From: a virus
Lineage: Duplodnaviria; Caudoviricetes
DNA: 58,730 nt
Virus record (IMG/VR): IMGVR_UViG_3300008110_000203
Coordinates: 1-58,730 of that record
Strand: one strand, 5' to 3'
In this document: in pieces, positions 30,534 through 38,608 of the stretch
Layout of the letters: every line of letters begins with the position of its first letter
How positions within the stretch are numbered: position 1 is the stretch's first letter
The notes under the pieces: generated by a model
What the model was told of the DNA's origin: nothing
The model's database searches: none
The model's input: only the letters and a program-made list of their open reading frames with translations
Program-made: the position numbers and the translations under genes

Positions 30534-30779
30534 ATGAGCGAACAATTACTGACACCAAAAGAAGTCGTGACGCTGATCAAACAACAGTTTGGTGTTAGCG
30601 TAGACGTATCTACTGTTCGGAAGTGGTGTACCCGCGGTATTGGCGGGGCGAATTCAAAGTGTTGCCTGCCTCGCGTGCATGTCGGCGGGCGGGTATTTGT
30701 GAAGCTCAGTCGGCTGCAGAATTGGCTGCAGCGGAAACAACTCCGATCACTGTTGGATGGTTCCGAAACATCTCTGTGA
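30534..30779 (+). CDS. DUF1580-like/excisionase-type winged HTH protein
   Basis: MSEQLLTPKEVV...VSTVRKWCTRG...LPRVHVGGRVFV, a MerR/Xis-like pattern; convergent with and overlapping the recombinase. Confidence 0.7.
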   Translation: MSEQLLTPKEVVTLIKQQFGVSVDVSTVRKWCTRGIGGANSKCCLPRVHVGGRVFVKLSRLQNWLQRKQLRSLLDGSETSL

Positions 30780-32211
30780 GGCTCAGAGATCGCTGCTCTC
30801 TCGGAAGCTGCTGGTGGATGTCCATGAATTCTTTGAACCTTGCAGCGTTCCTCATGAAACGGTTCGGGTTCACGGGAGAAGCTACGTGCGTGTGACTATC
30901 AACTACGGCAGCAACGCGTTTGCATAACGCGGTACCCTTCCGCCGCAAGGCTCGAGCGTACTCCGCCGCATTTGTGTACGGCATGGCGATCAGAGGGGGT
31001 AGGCCTTTCTCATGCAGCGCCTGATTGCAAACGCACGATACGCACGCCGGCACGTTCCGGTATTGTTTGTACGTCAGGTACACTTTGAGCCACAAATCAG
31101 ACATTTCCTGCGGCGTGAACACATCTTGAAACACGTAATGCTTCTGGCGGAGTGGGATCCTGTTCGACAACGCTCTCGGTAACCGTTGTTGCAACAGGTT
31201 CTCATTTGTCGCAAGAGCAATTGCTGCCGCATGCTTCGTGGCTCGGCTAGTTTCCTCGGACTCGAGCTGGGCGAATGCGGAGAGCATGCCCATCAGCAGC
31301 CTGCCAAACAGGTCGTCAGTGCGGATCCCGCTTTCCGCGATCGCGAGAATGGCACCTTTGGCGTGAATGGCGTCGATTTGGTTGGCCGCGTCTTTCAGAG
31401 ACCGAAACAGTCTGTCCGGCCTCAGAGCAACGACGACATCACCGGGTTGCAGGATCTGCAGCATTTGCCCACCAGCGGGCCGGTTCTGCAGAGGGGTTTT
31501 CCACGCGCTGACCCCTTCGTCCACAAACTCCAGGGCGTCTGGGTACTTCTGCCGCAAAATCTGTAGTTGAGTGCTTGCGGACTGATCGTCCGTGGACACT
31601 CTGGCATACAAAAACGTCCGCCCTTTGGCGACCGCTGCCGGGGTCGCAGCCATTATCCGAAGAGTTTCAACCGCAGAAAGTTGGGACGGAGGTACTGGCG
31701 GCCTGGTCGCTGGTCGGCGATCTTGTGGGGTCGCGGTTGCATCCTTCTTTCGCGCCTTTGCCTCCCGTATTCGAGCAGAAATAAGCTCGCTTTTGAGCTG
31801 AGCAACTGCCGCCATGCAGTACACCAGACACCGACCGTTGGCCGAGTTGAAACTCAGCGAAGGGTAGTCCACAAAAGTGACGTGGACTCCGGCCTCGACC
31901 CACCGTTCGAGGATGCTGCACGCATCAGAGACACGGCGAAATAGCCGTGTCAGGCTCGTGACGACTACGGTGTCACCCGGTCGAACCGAGTTTGCCAGCA
32001 ACAAAGCGCCGGGTCTTGTCTCAAAAGACTTTTTGTACGCGCTCCTGCCCCCGTCGATTATCACGCCGGGGCTGTCGCAATTCGAGGCCGAAGCCAAAAC
32101 AAGGTTTGTCGATGTGCAGTAGTCCCGACAGGACTTCACCTGACCCTCGAGACTCTGCCCGTTCAGCATTTGCTCAGGCGTTGAGACGCGTGCGTAAATG
32201 TACGCCACCAT
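30706..32211 (-). CDS. serine recombinase with two tandem resolvase catalytic domains
   Basis: YIYARVST...RPG...GDTVVV..LTRLFR and FLYARVST...RPAG...GDVVVA..PDRLFRS...FAQLESE; AGGAG SD. Confidence 0.9.
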   Translation of the reverse strand: MVAYIYARVSTPEQMLNGQSLEGQVKSCRDYCTSTNLVLASASNCDSPGVIIDGGRSAYKKSFETRPGALLLANSVRPGDTVVVTSLTRLFRRVSDACSILERWVEAGVHVTFVDYPSLSFNSANGRCLVYCMAAVAQLKSELISARIREAKARKKDATATPQDRRPATRPPVPPSQLSAVETLRIMAATPAAVAKGRTFLYARVSTDDQSASTQLQILRQKYPDALEFVDEGVSAWKTPLQNRPAGGQMLQILQPGDVVVALRPDRLFRSLKDAANQIDAIHAKGAILAIAESGIRTDDLFGRLLMGMLSAFAQLESEETSRATKHAAAIALATNENLLQQRLPRALSNRIPLRQKHYVFQDVFTPQEMSDLWLKVYLTYKQYRNVPACVSCVCNQALHEKGLPPLIAMPYTNAAEYARALRRKGTALCKRVAAVVDSHTHVASPVNPNRFMRNAARFKEFMDIHQQLPREQRSLSLTEMFRNHPTVIGVVSAAANSAAD

Positions 32212-32224
32212 GTCGTGCTCCTAA

Positions 32225-32263
32225 AAAGATAGCCGGAGAGGGGTGTGCGGACCCCTCTCCGGC
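32225..32263 (-). terminator. intrinsic terminator-like hairpin directly upstream of the recombinase RBS
   Basis: Perfect 13-bp stem GCCGGAGAGGGGT/ACCCCTCTCCGGC followed by TATCTTTTT on the minus strand. Confidence 0.7.
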
Positions 32264-32349
32264 CACCTGCCCCTCCGGTTAATGGATGGACAGCAAAGGA
32301 ACAGGACCAACCGCTGCCAAAAGCACCGCACATGCTTTTGACAACAAAA

Positions 32350-32438
32350 CACGCTGGGCAGGGCTCGAACCTGCACAAGTGGCCTCAACGCACCCACTAC
32401 CTTGCGGCCACTTACTCTACCAATTGAGATACCAGCAT
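32350..32438 (-). ncRNA. tRNA-like RNA with an extended, non-canonical anticodon arm
   Basis: Acceptor ATGCTGG/CCAGCGT; D arm TCTC-AATTGGTA-GAGT; T arm GCAGG-TTCGAGC-CCTGC; the middle arm is AAGTGGCC-21nt-GGCCACTT; no encoded CCA. Confidence 0.75.
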
Positions 32439-32449
32439 GCACCTGCGAC

Positions 32450-33301
32450 TCAGTTCGCCGGTTTCGACCGGAGCATCCTACTACGGGACAAACGAGACGT
32501 CAACCATTTTTGTGTAATTAGCACCGCAGCCACCACAAAAACCGCAGCCAACACCCCGGGTTCGGGCACTGAGTTGGTCTGGGGGACTTGCCCGGCATAC
32601 AAGTCTCCGTTGGTCAGGACGATCCTGTCCAGTCGATAGTTTGGGTGGGCGCCTGAACCTTCGATCGGCATCGGATCAACCTCGTCGATTGAGATATACC
32701 CAACCCCTTGATAGACGCGGTCGAACAGGCCTGTCGGTGCTCTGCCGACCCAGCTACGCCACAAAAAGGGGATGTAGATGGGGTTGTTTGCCGGCAGGTC
32801 TGTCAGACTGTCATAGACTCGCAGGAAATCGCTGTAGGTGTCCCCGGCGCCTACAGGAGTCCCGTACGGCAGCAACACCGCCTGATCCCAACCCCGAGTG
32901 TATGTGGTCTGCACCTGAATCTGCTGCTCCCCGTCTTCGGTGCCATACCTATCCGAGAAACTTCCGGTGCTTATGAACGCCATCCCACCACCCTCCGCAA
33001 TCTGAGCGAAAGAGATCCACCCCAGCGGTCGCCCAAAACCGGAAAGATTCTGACCAATCTCTGCCGTGTACCAGCCCGTGTCTGGGTTTATGGTAACCCC
33101 GTACTCCTGAACCTCCACGATGAGGTCTCCTTTTACGGCGTCGCAACCTCCAAGAGCCAGCAATATCACCAGCAATATGACAAGGAGGTTTCCGATCTCT
33201 GGGTGGATTGACAACCACCCCGGATCCCCGACCCAAATTTTACAGCACAGATGCCCATACAGCCTTTTCAAGTACTTGTCGCCGCCCCGTTGCTCGCTCA
33301 T
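32450..33301 (-). CDS. PEP-CTERM sorting-domain surface protein
   Basis: C-terminal VPEPGVLAAVFVVAAVLITQKW..RLSRSR (PEP, TM helix, basic tail); N-terminal hydrophobic signal-like segment. Confidence 0.75.
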   Translation of the reverse strand: MSEQRGGDKYLKRLYGHLCCKIWVGDPGWLSIHPEIGNLLVILLVILLALGGCDAVKGDLIVEVQEYGVTINPDTGWYTAEIGQNLSGFGRPLGWISFAQIAEGGGMAFISTGSFSDRYGTEDGEQQIQVQTTYTRGWDQAVLLPYGTPVGAGDTYSDFLRVYDSLTDLPANNPIYIPFLWRSWVGRAPTGLFDRVYQGVGYISIDEVDPMPIEGSGAHPNYRLDRIVLTNGDLYAGQVPQTNSVPEPGVLAAVFVVAAVLITQKWLTSRLSRSRMLRSKPAN

Positions 33302-33516
33302 GGATCCCAGCCCTCCTCGTATTCCGAATACGTCATCGCACTACTACCGTAATCTGCGTACTCCTGCTCCCACCCCGGATCTGCCGGGACTTCCTCCGAG
33401 GCTATCAATACCTCCCAAAGACGCCCGAGAATTCGGAACGCCCACACACCCAAAGGCACTCCCGCCAGTACAAGAACAAACCACAGAAACCCTGAAACCC
33501 CAAGCCTGTCTTGCAT
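33298..33516 (-). CDS. small membrane protein
   Basis: 72 aa; N-terminal TM helix and acidic tail; overlaps both neighbours at the start/stop. Confidence 0.6.
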   Translation of the reverse strand: MQDRLGVSGFLWFVLVLAGVPLGVWAFRILGRLWEVLIASEEVPADPGWEQEYADYGSSAMTYSEYEEGWDP

Positions 33517-34160
33517 TATTGACTCCTGTGAAAAACGCCATCCCAGACAACAGACGTGATTCGCGTCCGCGGTGAACCGTCAGGCTCTAAGCGGCTCAAA
33601 CCAAAGTCCCGAACAAATTGACACATCGCCCGGGCAAGCGGTGCCGGGGTCAGCTCTCTGACAGCTTTTGAGCAACAGAGCACCTGCTTCGGTTTTTGCG
33701 GACGCTTTACCCTGGCCCCCAGCCGACCCAATTCGTACGCCGCCTGCATCGCCGTCATTGCCGGCAACCCGACCAGATACAGCGTCGTCAGCTTGCGGGC
33801 TTCGTGACCGTAGTCATACTGGTCGATTGTGATACGCAACCCGCCAAACTGGTCCCTCCGACCCCCGTCGGGGATCCCCGCAAATTCCCACAGGGTACTG
33901 TCTTTCGGGTGCTCGAGAATCCCGCCGCATCTGCGTACCTCCTGCAGGCAGAGCAAAGCCAAGGATTTTTGTGATATGTTTTTGTTTGCCAACGGGGCGG
34001 TACGACCCCACTGGGCGCACGGTGGGTGTGCGATGACTGGGTAATTATCCCGACATTTGCGAAAATCCTTACGTTTGTCCCACGGCACTACGCCGGGTAT
34101 GTGGTAATAGGCGCTATCCATTCGAACGCAGGCCGCGGTTATCGTCTGTATCCCTGTCAA
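33516..34160 (-). CDS. DNA cytosine-C5 methyltransferase-like protein
   Basis: VIAHPPC (motif IV-like), ILEHP (motif VI-like), Q..YGH..RK.T.L (motif VIII-like); TTG start at 34160 after GGAG. Confidence 0.6.
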   Translation of the reverse strand: MTGIQTITAACVRMDSAYYHIPGVVPWDKRKDFRKCRDNYPVIAHPPCAQWGRTAPLANKNISQKSLALLCLQEVRRCGGILEHPKDSTLWEFAGIPDGGRRDQFGGLRITIDQYDYGHEARKLTTLYLVGLPAMTAMQAAYELGRLGARVKRPQKPKQVLCCSKAVRELTPAPLARAMCQFVRDFGLSRLEPDGSPRTRITSVVWDGVFHRSQ

Positions 34161-34308
34161 TCGTCTTCTCCATCTTTTCGACGTGGTGGGGTAGGTGGTT
34201 GTGGGACCACGGGATGTACAGCACATCCCTGGGGATGAGCCACTGAAAAGGTAAGTACTTCTCCGCATGGCTATTTGCTTGCCACCATTTCGATTGCTTT
34301 TCTGTCAT
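34114..34308 (-). CDS. hypothetical protein
   Basis: 64-aa ORF with ATGA coupling to the upstream gene. Confidence 0.4.
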   Translation of the reverse strand: MTEKQSKWWQANSHAEKYLPFQWLIPRDVLYIPWSHNHLPHHVEKMEKTIDRDTDDNRGLRSNG

Positions 34309-34637
34309 CCGAACTCCGATATGATGATTCGTCTGAGCCGGTACACTTCCTGCAATACGACAGACATATCCTGGTTATCGAAGGTGGTTTCGTTGGCCTC
34401 ACATCGTTGCAGGATCCGATGCAGCTCCTCTGTCATGCCTGCATCCGGATCGAGCCGGATGTACTGCTGCTTTTCCCCTACAGCGTCCCCGACGCGGTGT
34501 GTCGGATATCGTCTCCCGTCGTCGATCTGTACAATCTGATCACCAGGCTGCAGTATCTCACCGACTTGCAGCCTTCGCCAGCCCTCGGGTATTGTGAACT
34601 CCGGCTGTGGTTCTGGCGTTTTGTCCGGCTCACTCAT
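34305..34637 (-). CDS. hypothetical protein
   Basis: 110 aa; PEGWRRLQVGEILQPGD motif. Confidence 0.65.
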   Translation of the reverse strand: MSEPDKTPEPQPEFTIPEGWRRLQVGEILQPGDQIVQIDDGRRYPTHRVGDAVGEKQQYIRLDPDAGMTEELHRILQRCEANETTFDNQDMSVVLQEVYRLRRIIISEFG

Positions 34638-34688
34638 TGCTCACCCCCTGCCCGTAGAGTCTCAAAAGACTGCTGCATGCCACATTCA

Positions 34689-34946
34689 TCACATGTTACG
34701 ATCAGGACGTTTTGCCGCATCTCTGTATCCCCTCGACCAGCGGAACCAATGTCGCGGTGTCATTATTTCAAGTCGCGGCCCTGAACCTTTGATTCCGCGA
34801 CCGACGTACATTGCCACCGATCCAACATGCAAACAGAACCAGCATCCGTATGATGCCGTGTAAGCCACGTTACCCTTAATCACAACCATCATTGTCGCTC
34901 CTATAAAACGTTTTAAAACGCCATCCTGTGCAAAGTAGGGTGTCAC
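34689..34946 (-). CDS. hypothetical protein
   Basis: 85 aa; GTGA coupling to the upstream ORF. Confidence 0.45.
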   Translation of the reverse strand: MTPYFAQDGVLKRFIGATMMVVIKGNVAYTASYGCWFCLHVGSVAMYVGRGIKGSGPRLEIMTPRHWFRWSRGYRDAAKRPDRNM

Positions 34947-35188
34947 TGCTGCCCCTCCTGCAGACGTTCCACGGCGAACTCAATCTCCAACTCCTGCCGC
35001 TTTACTTCGTCCATCAGATCCTTTAGTGTCAGGCCCATCGACTGCACCACTGCCAACCACGACGCTACTGTTCCGGTGGCTGGTCTGCTCAGTCGCATTA
35101 TCGTGGCCAGATGTGGCAGCAACTCCGCCGCCAACTGTTTGCGTTCGTCACTCACTGCTGCTGCTGTGGTGATGGTCCCAACATGCAC
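34943..35188 (-). CDS. hypothetical coiled-coil protein (start uncertain)
   Basis: Non-overlapping part of ORF 34943..35272. Confidence 0.5.
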   Translation of the reverse strand: MHVGTITTAAAVSDERKQLAAELLPHLATIMRLSRPATGTVASWLAVVQSMGLTLKDLMDEVKRQELEIEFAVERLQEGQQ

Positions 35189-35190
35189 TC

Positions 35191-37452
35191 TTAGTCCCTC
35201 CCCTGTTGTTCTTCGAACTGAACTCGGAAACGATACGCAATGGGGTCTGTATCCGGAATCTCTTCGATCCAACCCAAACTCTTGAACAATGTGATCTCGT
35301 ACTCAGCAGCCCCCCGCCCAAGGTTGTTGAACCGTGAGTAGTGCCTGAAGGTGAATGTGGGGTACCCACGTGTCTGCAGCTTCCGCGATCTCTGGGACGC
35401 AGTGGTTTGCAGCATGTCCGTGACAGCCTGCGTTTGAGCCCCGGCAGCCCCGCACAGCTTAGCGTACGCCTGATCCACCTTGCTGTCGAGCATGCGTTGT
35501 TTGTGTGACCACAGCCACTCCATCAGATCTATGGCACGGTGTACGTAGGCGGTCGGAATTGTCGGGTTGACAAACCCCCGGGTTGGGTTTACGGCAGAAG
35601 TCCACACCTGTTCTTCGATCGCGAGGTCGAGCACCCACAAAACTGCCGACATTCGCAAGGCCACTTCCGCATGCCTGAGCACCTCGCTCCGCCAAGGATG
35701 CTCGTCCGGCCACTGAGCCAGGTACGCCGCGCTGCGTTTGTGTTTGGCGTACCCCTGCCAGACGGCGTTGGCTTCGGAGGACAGGGTGAGGATCGACGGG
35801 TCGATGTCGGTCCCTGACGCCGCGGCGAGGGCCATAGCATCGACGCTCTGGATCGCCTGCTTGTGGGTGTTCAGGCGTCGGGCCATTTGATCCCAGTGCG
35901 ACCACCACGCCGTCATGGCTCTCTGGCTTTCCTGAGCCGGCTCCTCCGGAATACGGCCCAGAGGGAAGAGCTGCATTCGCTGGATCAAACCGTCGATCAG
36001 GTCAATCCCGGGGATTTGGTTCAGGTTCACGCCCTGAATAGCCCCCACGATAGAGCAGAACGGCGACCGGACGACAGTGTTCCCGGTCTTGCGGAACTGG
36101 ACGATTGAGTCCCCGGACCATGCTCGCAGCCACATGCCGGTGTTTGACGAGCTGCCGGCAAGGGCCTGAGAGTATCGACCGAACATCCCGAGGAAGTCCT
36201 TGCCTTCAGTGAGCACAACCAGCAGTCCTCGGGGGAATTTCGACATGCCGTGGGCGAAGGCCTCCGGCGTAGCGTCGGTCAGAACCCGTTCAGATCCGCG
36301 CAGCGGAGCTGTGACCTGATTGATGGTCAGCGATTTCCCCGCACCCGACGGTCCAACCCCGAAAATGTACGACTGCACTCCGGTCGCTGGGGCGTCGGGG
36401 GTTGTGCGGACCTGCACCGACGACCCCAGCAGACCGGAGGCTACTGCTAATGTGCTCAACAGGAACAAATTCCTGGGGTATTGAGCTGCTCTTGCGTGCA
36501 AACTGACCGCCTGAATACGGCTATCAAAGACATTTTGCGGAATTTCGGGGAAAATTGCAGATTCTTCCTGCAATTCCGCCGCCTGGCGTGCCTTTATTAC
36601 GTCAGACGTGGCGTCCGCGAAGTCGATTTCGGTAAATTCCGCGGCGGGAGTGGGCGTAACCGCCAGTTTTGCCACCAGATTCTGCAATTCCAGCTCGCCA
36701 CGCCCCTTTTCATGCAGCGTCCCGAGCTTGTCCGCCAGTGGCCGCATCATATCCACGACCAAAGTCTTCGGAAGTCGCAGATCCGCGGCCAGAATCTTGC
36801 TCAACCGCAGCAGGTACTCGTGCCTGTTTCCCACTTCTGGCAACAAACCGTCGTCTTCAGCACAGACAGTGGTTGTTCTCTTCACTGCCGTGCGAGTTTT
36901 GCTGTAGTTGGTCAGAAACCAGTGCTTCAGGGGCCCCGGAATCAGGGCAATTCTGGTCTCCCACGGCGCACAACCCGGCAACCAACTGTAGTACTGTTGG
37001 GTCAGAGGGTGTATGGAGGGCGGGCAAGCTGAGTAAACGGCGGAATCCTGTTGCCCCAGTCGGCATTCCAAGTAATCGGCTTTGACAACGGACACACCGA
37101 AAGCGGCCAGATCCGCGTCCCACTGGAACCAGTAGTGATTCCCCCGGGCTGCTCGGTACGCAACGGTACGTATCTGAGCCTGCTGAATCATTTGTTCCAG
37201 CAGAGCATAAGCCTCCGGGCTGTCCGGCTCGCAGTCCATCACCCCACTGGACGGACCCATTAGTGCGGCTAGACCCCAGTTCTGCCCTTTCGGGAACATC
37301 GCCGGCAACGCCTGCACGTTGTTCGTAGCCTCAACGTCCCATTTGCAGCCGTGTTTTGGTAGCTTTGTACCCGGTTGCAAGGCAAACACGCGGACACCCA
37401 AATCCGCAAGGCACTTCGCCGTGCCCATCAAACACTCATAGTGATTCACCAT
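35191..37452 (-). CDS. bifunctional DNA primase-polymerase fused to a DUF3987-like P-loop helicase
   Basis: N-terminal VFALQPGTKLP...NWGLA...GVMDCEPD...GNHYWF...PPSIHP; GNRH (PriCT-like); GPSGAGKS Walker A and DATPEA. Confidence 0.85.
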   Translation of the reverse strand: MVNHYECLMGTAKCLADLGVRVFALQPGTKLPKHGCKWDVEATNNVQALPAMFPKGQNWGLAALMGPSSGVMDCEPDSPEAYALLEQMIQQAQIRTVAYRAARGNHYWFQWDADLAAFGVSVVKADYLECRLGQQDSAVYSACPPSIHPLTQQYYSWLPGCAPWETRIALIPGPLKHWFLTNYSKTRTAVKRTTTVCAEDDGLLPEVGNRHEYLLRLSKILAADLRLPKTLVVDMMRPLADKLGTLHEKGRGELELQNLVAKLAVTPTPAAEFTEIDFADATSDVIKARQAAELQEESAIFPEIPQNVFDSRIQAVSLHARAAQYPRNLFLLSTLAVASGLLGSSVQVRTTPDAPATGVQSYIFGVGPSGAGKSLTINQVTAPLRGSERVLTDATPEAFAHGMSKFPRGLLVVLTEGKDFLGMFGRYSQALAGSSSNTGMWLRAWSGDSIVQFRKTGNTVVRSPFCSIVGAIQGVNLNQIPGIDLIDGLIQRMQLFPLGRIPEEPAQESQRAMTAWWSHWDQMARRLNTHKQAIQSVDAMALAAASGTDIDPSILTLSSEANAVWQGYAKHKRSAAYLAQWPDEHPWRSEVLRHAEVALRMSAVLWVLDLAIEEQVWTSAVNPTRGFVNPTIPTAYVHRAIDLMEWLWSHKQRMLDSKVDQAYAKLCGAAGAQTQAVTDMLQTTASQRSRKLQTRGYPTFTFRHYSRFNNLGRGAAEYEITLFKSLGWIEEIPDTDPIAYRFRVQFEEQQGRD

Positions 37453-37812
37453 TTCGCTCTCCGCACAAGAGTGATGCCAGTGTGGCGGGGATTTGGGAGA
37501 TTGTCAACCGTGATTCTCCGCAATTTGTAGAAAGGCTTCCGGTCGAGTGAACGCGAAGCGTTCACGTCGAGGAAAAACTTCGATGGAATTTGAAAATAAA
37601 ACTTGGGGTGACTTGACGGGGTGGGGTTGTGTGTGACTAAAATCGGGTAAATACTGGTATTTGCCGGTGATTACGGGGAGCAACCGAGCTTGGGTCTCCC
37701 TTCGCTCGGCTCTCGCTGGCGCTTCGCCGATCGAAGACCGGTAAGACTTGTGCCCGGCTGTTACGGGATCCACATACGGTCACTACGGTATTACTTTAAG
37801 GGGGCTGTGACA

Positions 37813-38007
37813 ATGGTAGACACCTTCGCTCGGCTGAGGGCATGCACCACTTGCGACGAAAACGGTAATGTGGTTATCCGGCACGGCGATAAGTCGGTCG
37901 TCCTGATCCCGGCAAAGTCCGACAAAGGTCGGTCAACGCACGAAATGCTGAATGACACGATCACAGGGTTGGCTGATCTGCTGGATGAGGTTCTTACCCA
38001 ATCCTGA
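37813..38007 (+). CDS. small hypothetical protein
   Basis: MVDTFARL... start after AAGGGG. Confidence 0.45.
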   Translation: MVDTFARLRACTTCDENGNVVIRHGDKSVVLIPAKSDKGRSTHEMLNDTITGLADLLDEVLTQS

Positions 38008-38143
38008 TCAAAGGTTTGAGCTGGCAAACACGCCAGCTTTTTTTACGCGCTGTGGCCGGTATACGGCCAAATTGGTCTGCAGTCTGTGTAATAGCCGGAA
38101 GTGCTGTGGTCGGCTGCTATTGCCTTGACCGCCCTGATTGCTG

Positions 38144-38319
38144 GTGTTTACCGGTATTGCCCTGTGTTTACCGGTATTTCCTTGTGTTTACCGGTATTTC
38201 CCTGTGTTTACCGGTATTGCCCTGTGTTTACCGGTATTTCCTTGTGTTTACCGGTATTTCCCTGTGTTTACCGGTATTGCCCTGTGTTTACCGGTATTGC
38301 CCTGTGTTTACCGGTATTT
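38144..38319. repeat. tandem 20-bp repeat GTGTTTACCGGTATTKCCYT, 8 full copies plus 1 partial
   Basis: Directly visible; palindromic core TACCGGTA; 60-bp higher-order period. Confidence 0.97.
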
Positions 38320-38437
38320 TGGAAAATTAAAAAATTCCGGGAGAGTAACCAAAATAAACCCCTCCTGCCCGACCGGTCCAGCCAGCCCCCCTCTTTAAAG
38401 CCGATCTAACTTCCCTGGCAAGCTTTTCTAAGGAATC

Positions 38438-38477
38438 CCGTGTTTACCTTCGCGGTCTACGTGATAGGTAAACACGG
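38438..38477. repeat. 12-bp inverted repeat CCGTGTTTACCT/AGGTAAACACGG reusing the GTGTTTAC motif
   Basis: Directly visible; further GTGTTTAC copies at 38492 and 38534. Confidence 0.85.
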
Positions 38478-38546
38478 CTACGCCTAGTCTCGTGTTTACT
38501 TTCTGAAGTCTCCCCTGCACTCACCCCGCCGCAGTGTTTACCGCGC

Positions 38547-38579
38547 AAAAAAAAACACCACCAGGAATTCCCGGTGGTG
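38547..38579 (-). terminator. intrinsic terminator
   Basis: Minus strand CACCACCGGG-AATT-CCTGGTGGTG followed by 9 T, downstream of ORF 38609..39292. Confidence 0.85.
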
Positions 38580-38608
38580 CTGTCGTTGTGTGGAGTTGTG
38601 GCTAGGTT

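Noticed and set aside
32350-32438. Assigning an amino-acid identity to the tRNA-like element
   Set aside because: No 7-nt anticodon loop can be defined
37613-37643. sigma70 promoter TTGACG...TAAAAT
   Set aside because: The spacer is 19 bp, too long to call with confidence
38144-38319. CRISPR array
   Set aside because: The units are contiguous 20-mers with no unique spacers, and no cas genes are nearby
38016-38409. ORFs with CLPVFPCVYRY repeats
   Set aside because: These are translation artefacts of the stop-free 20-bp tandem repeat
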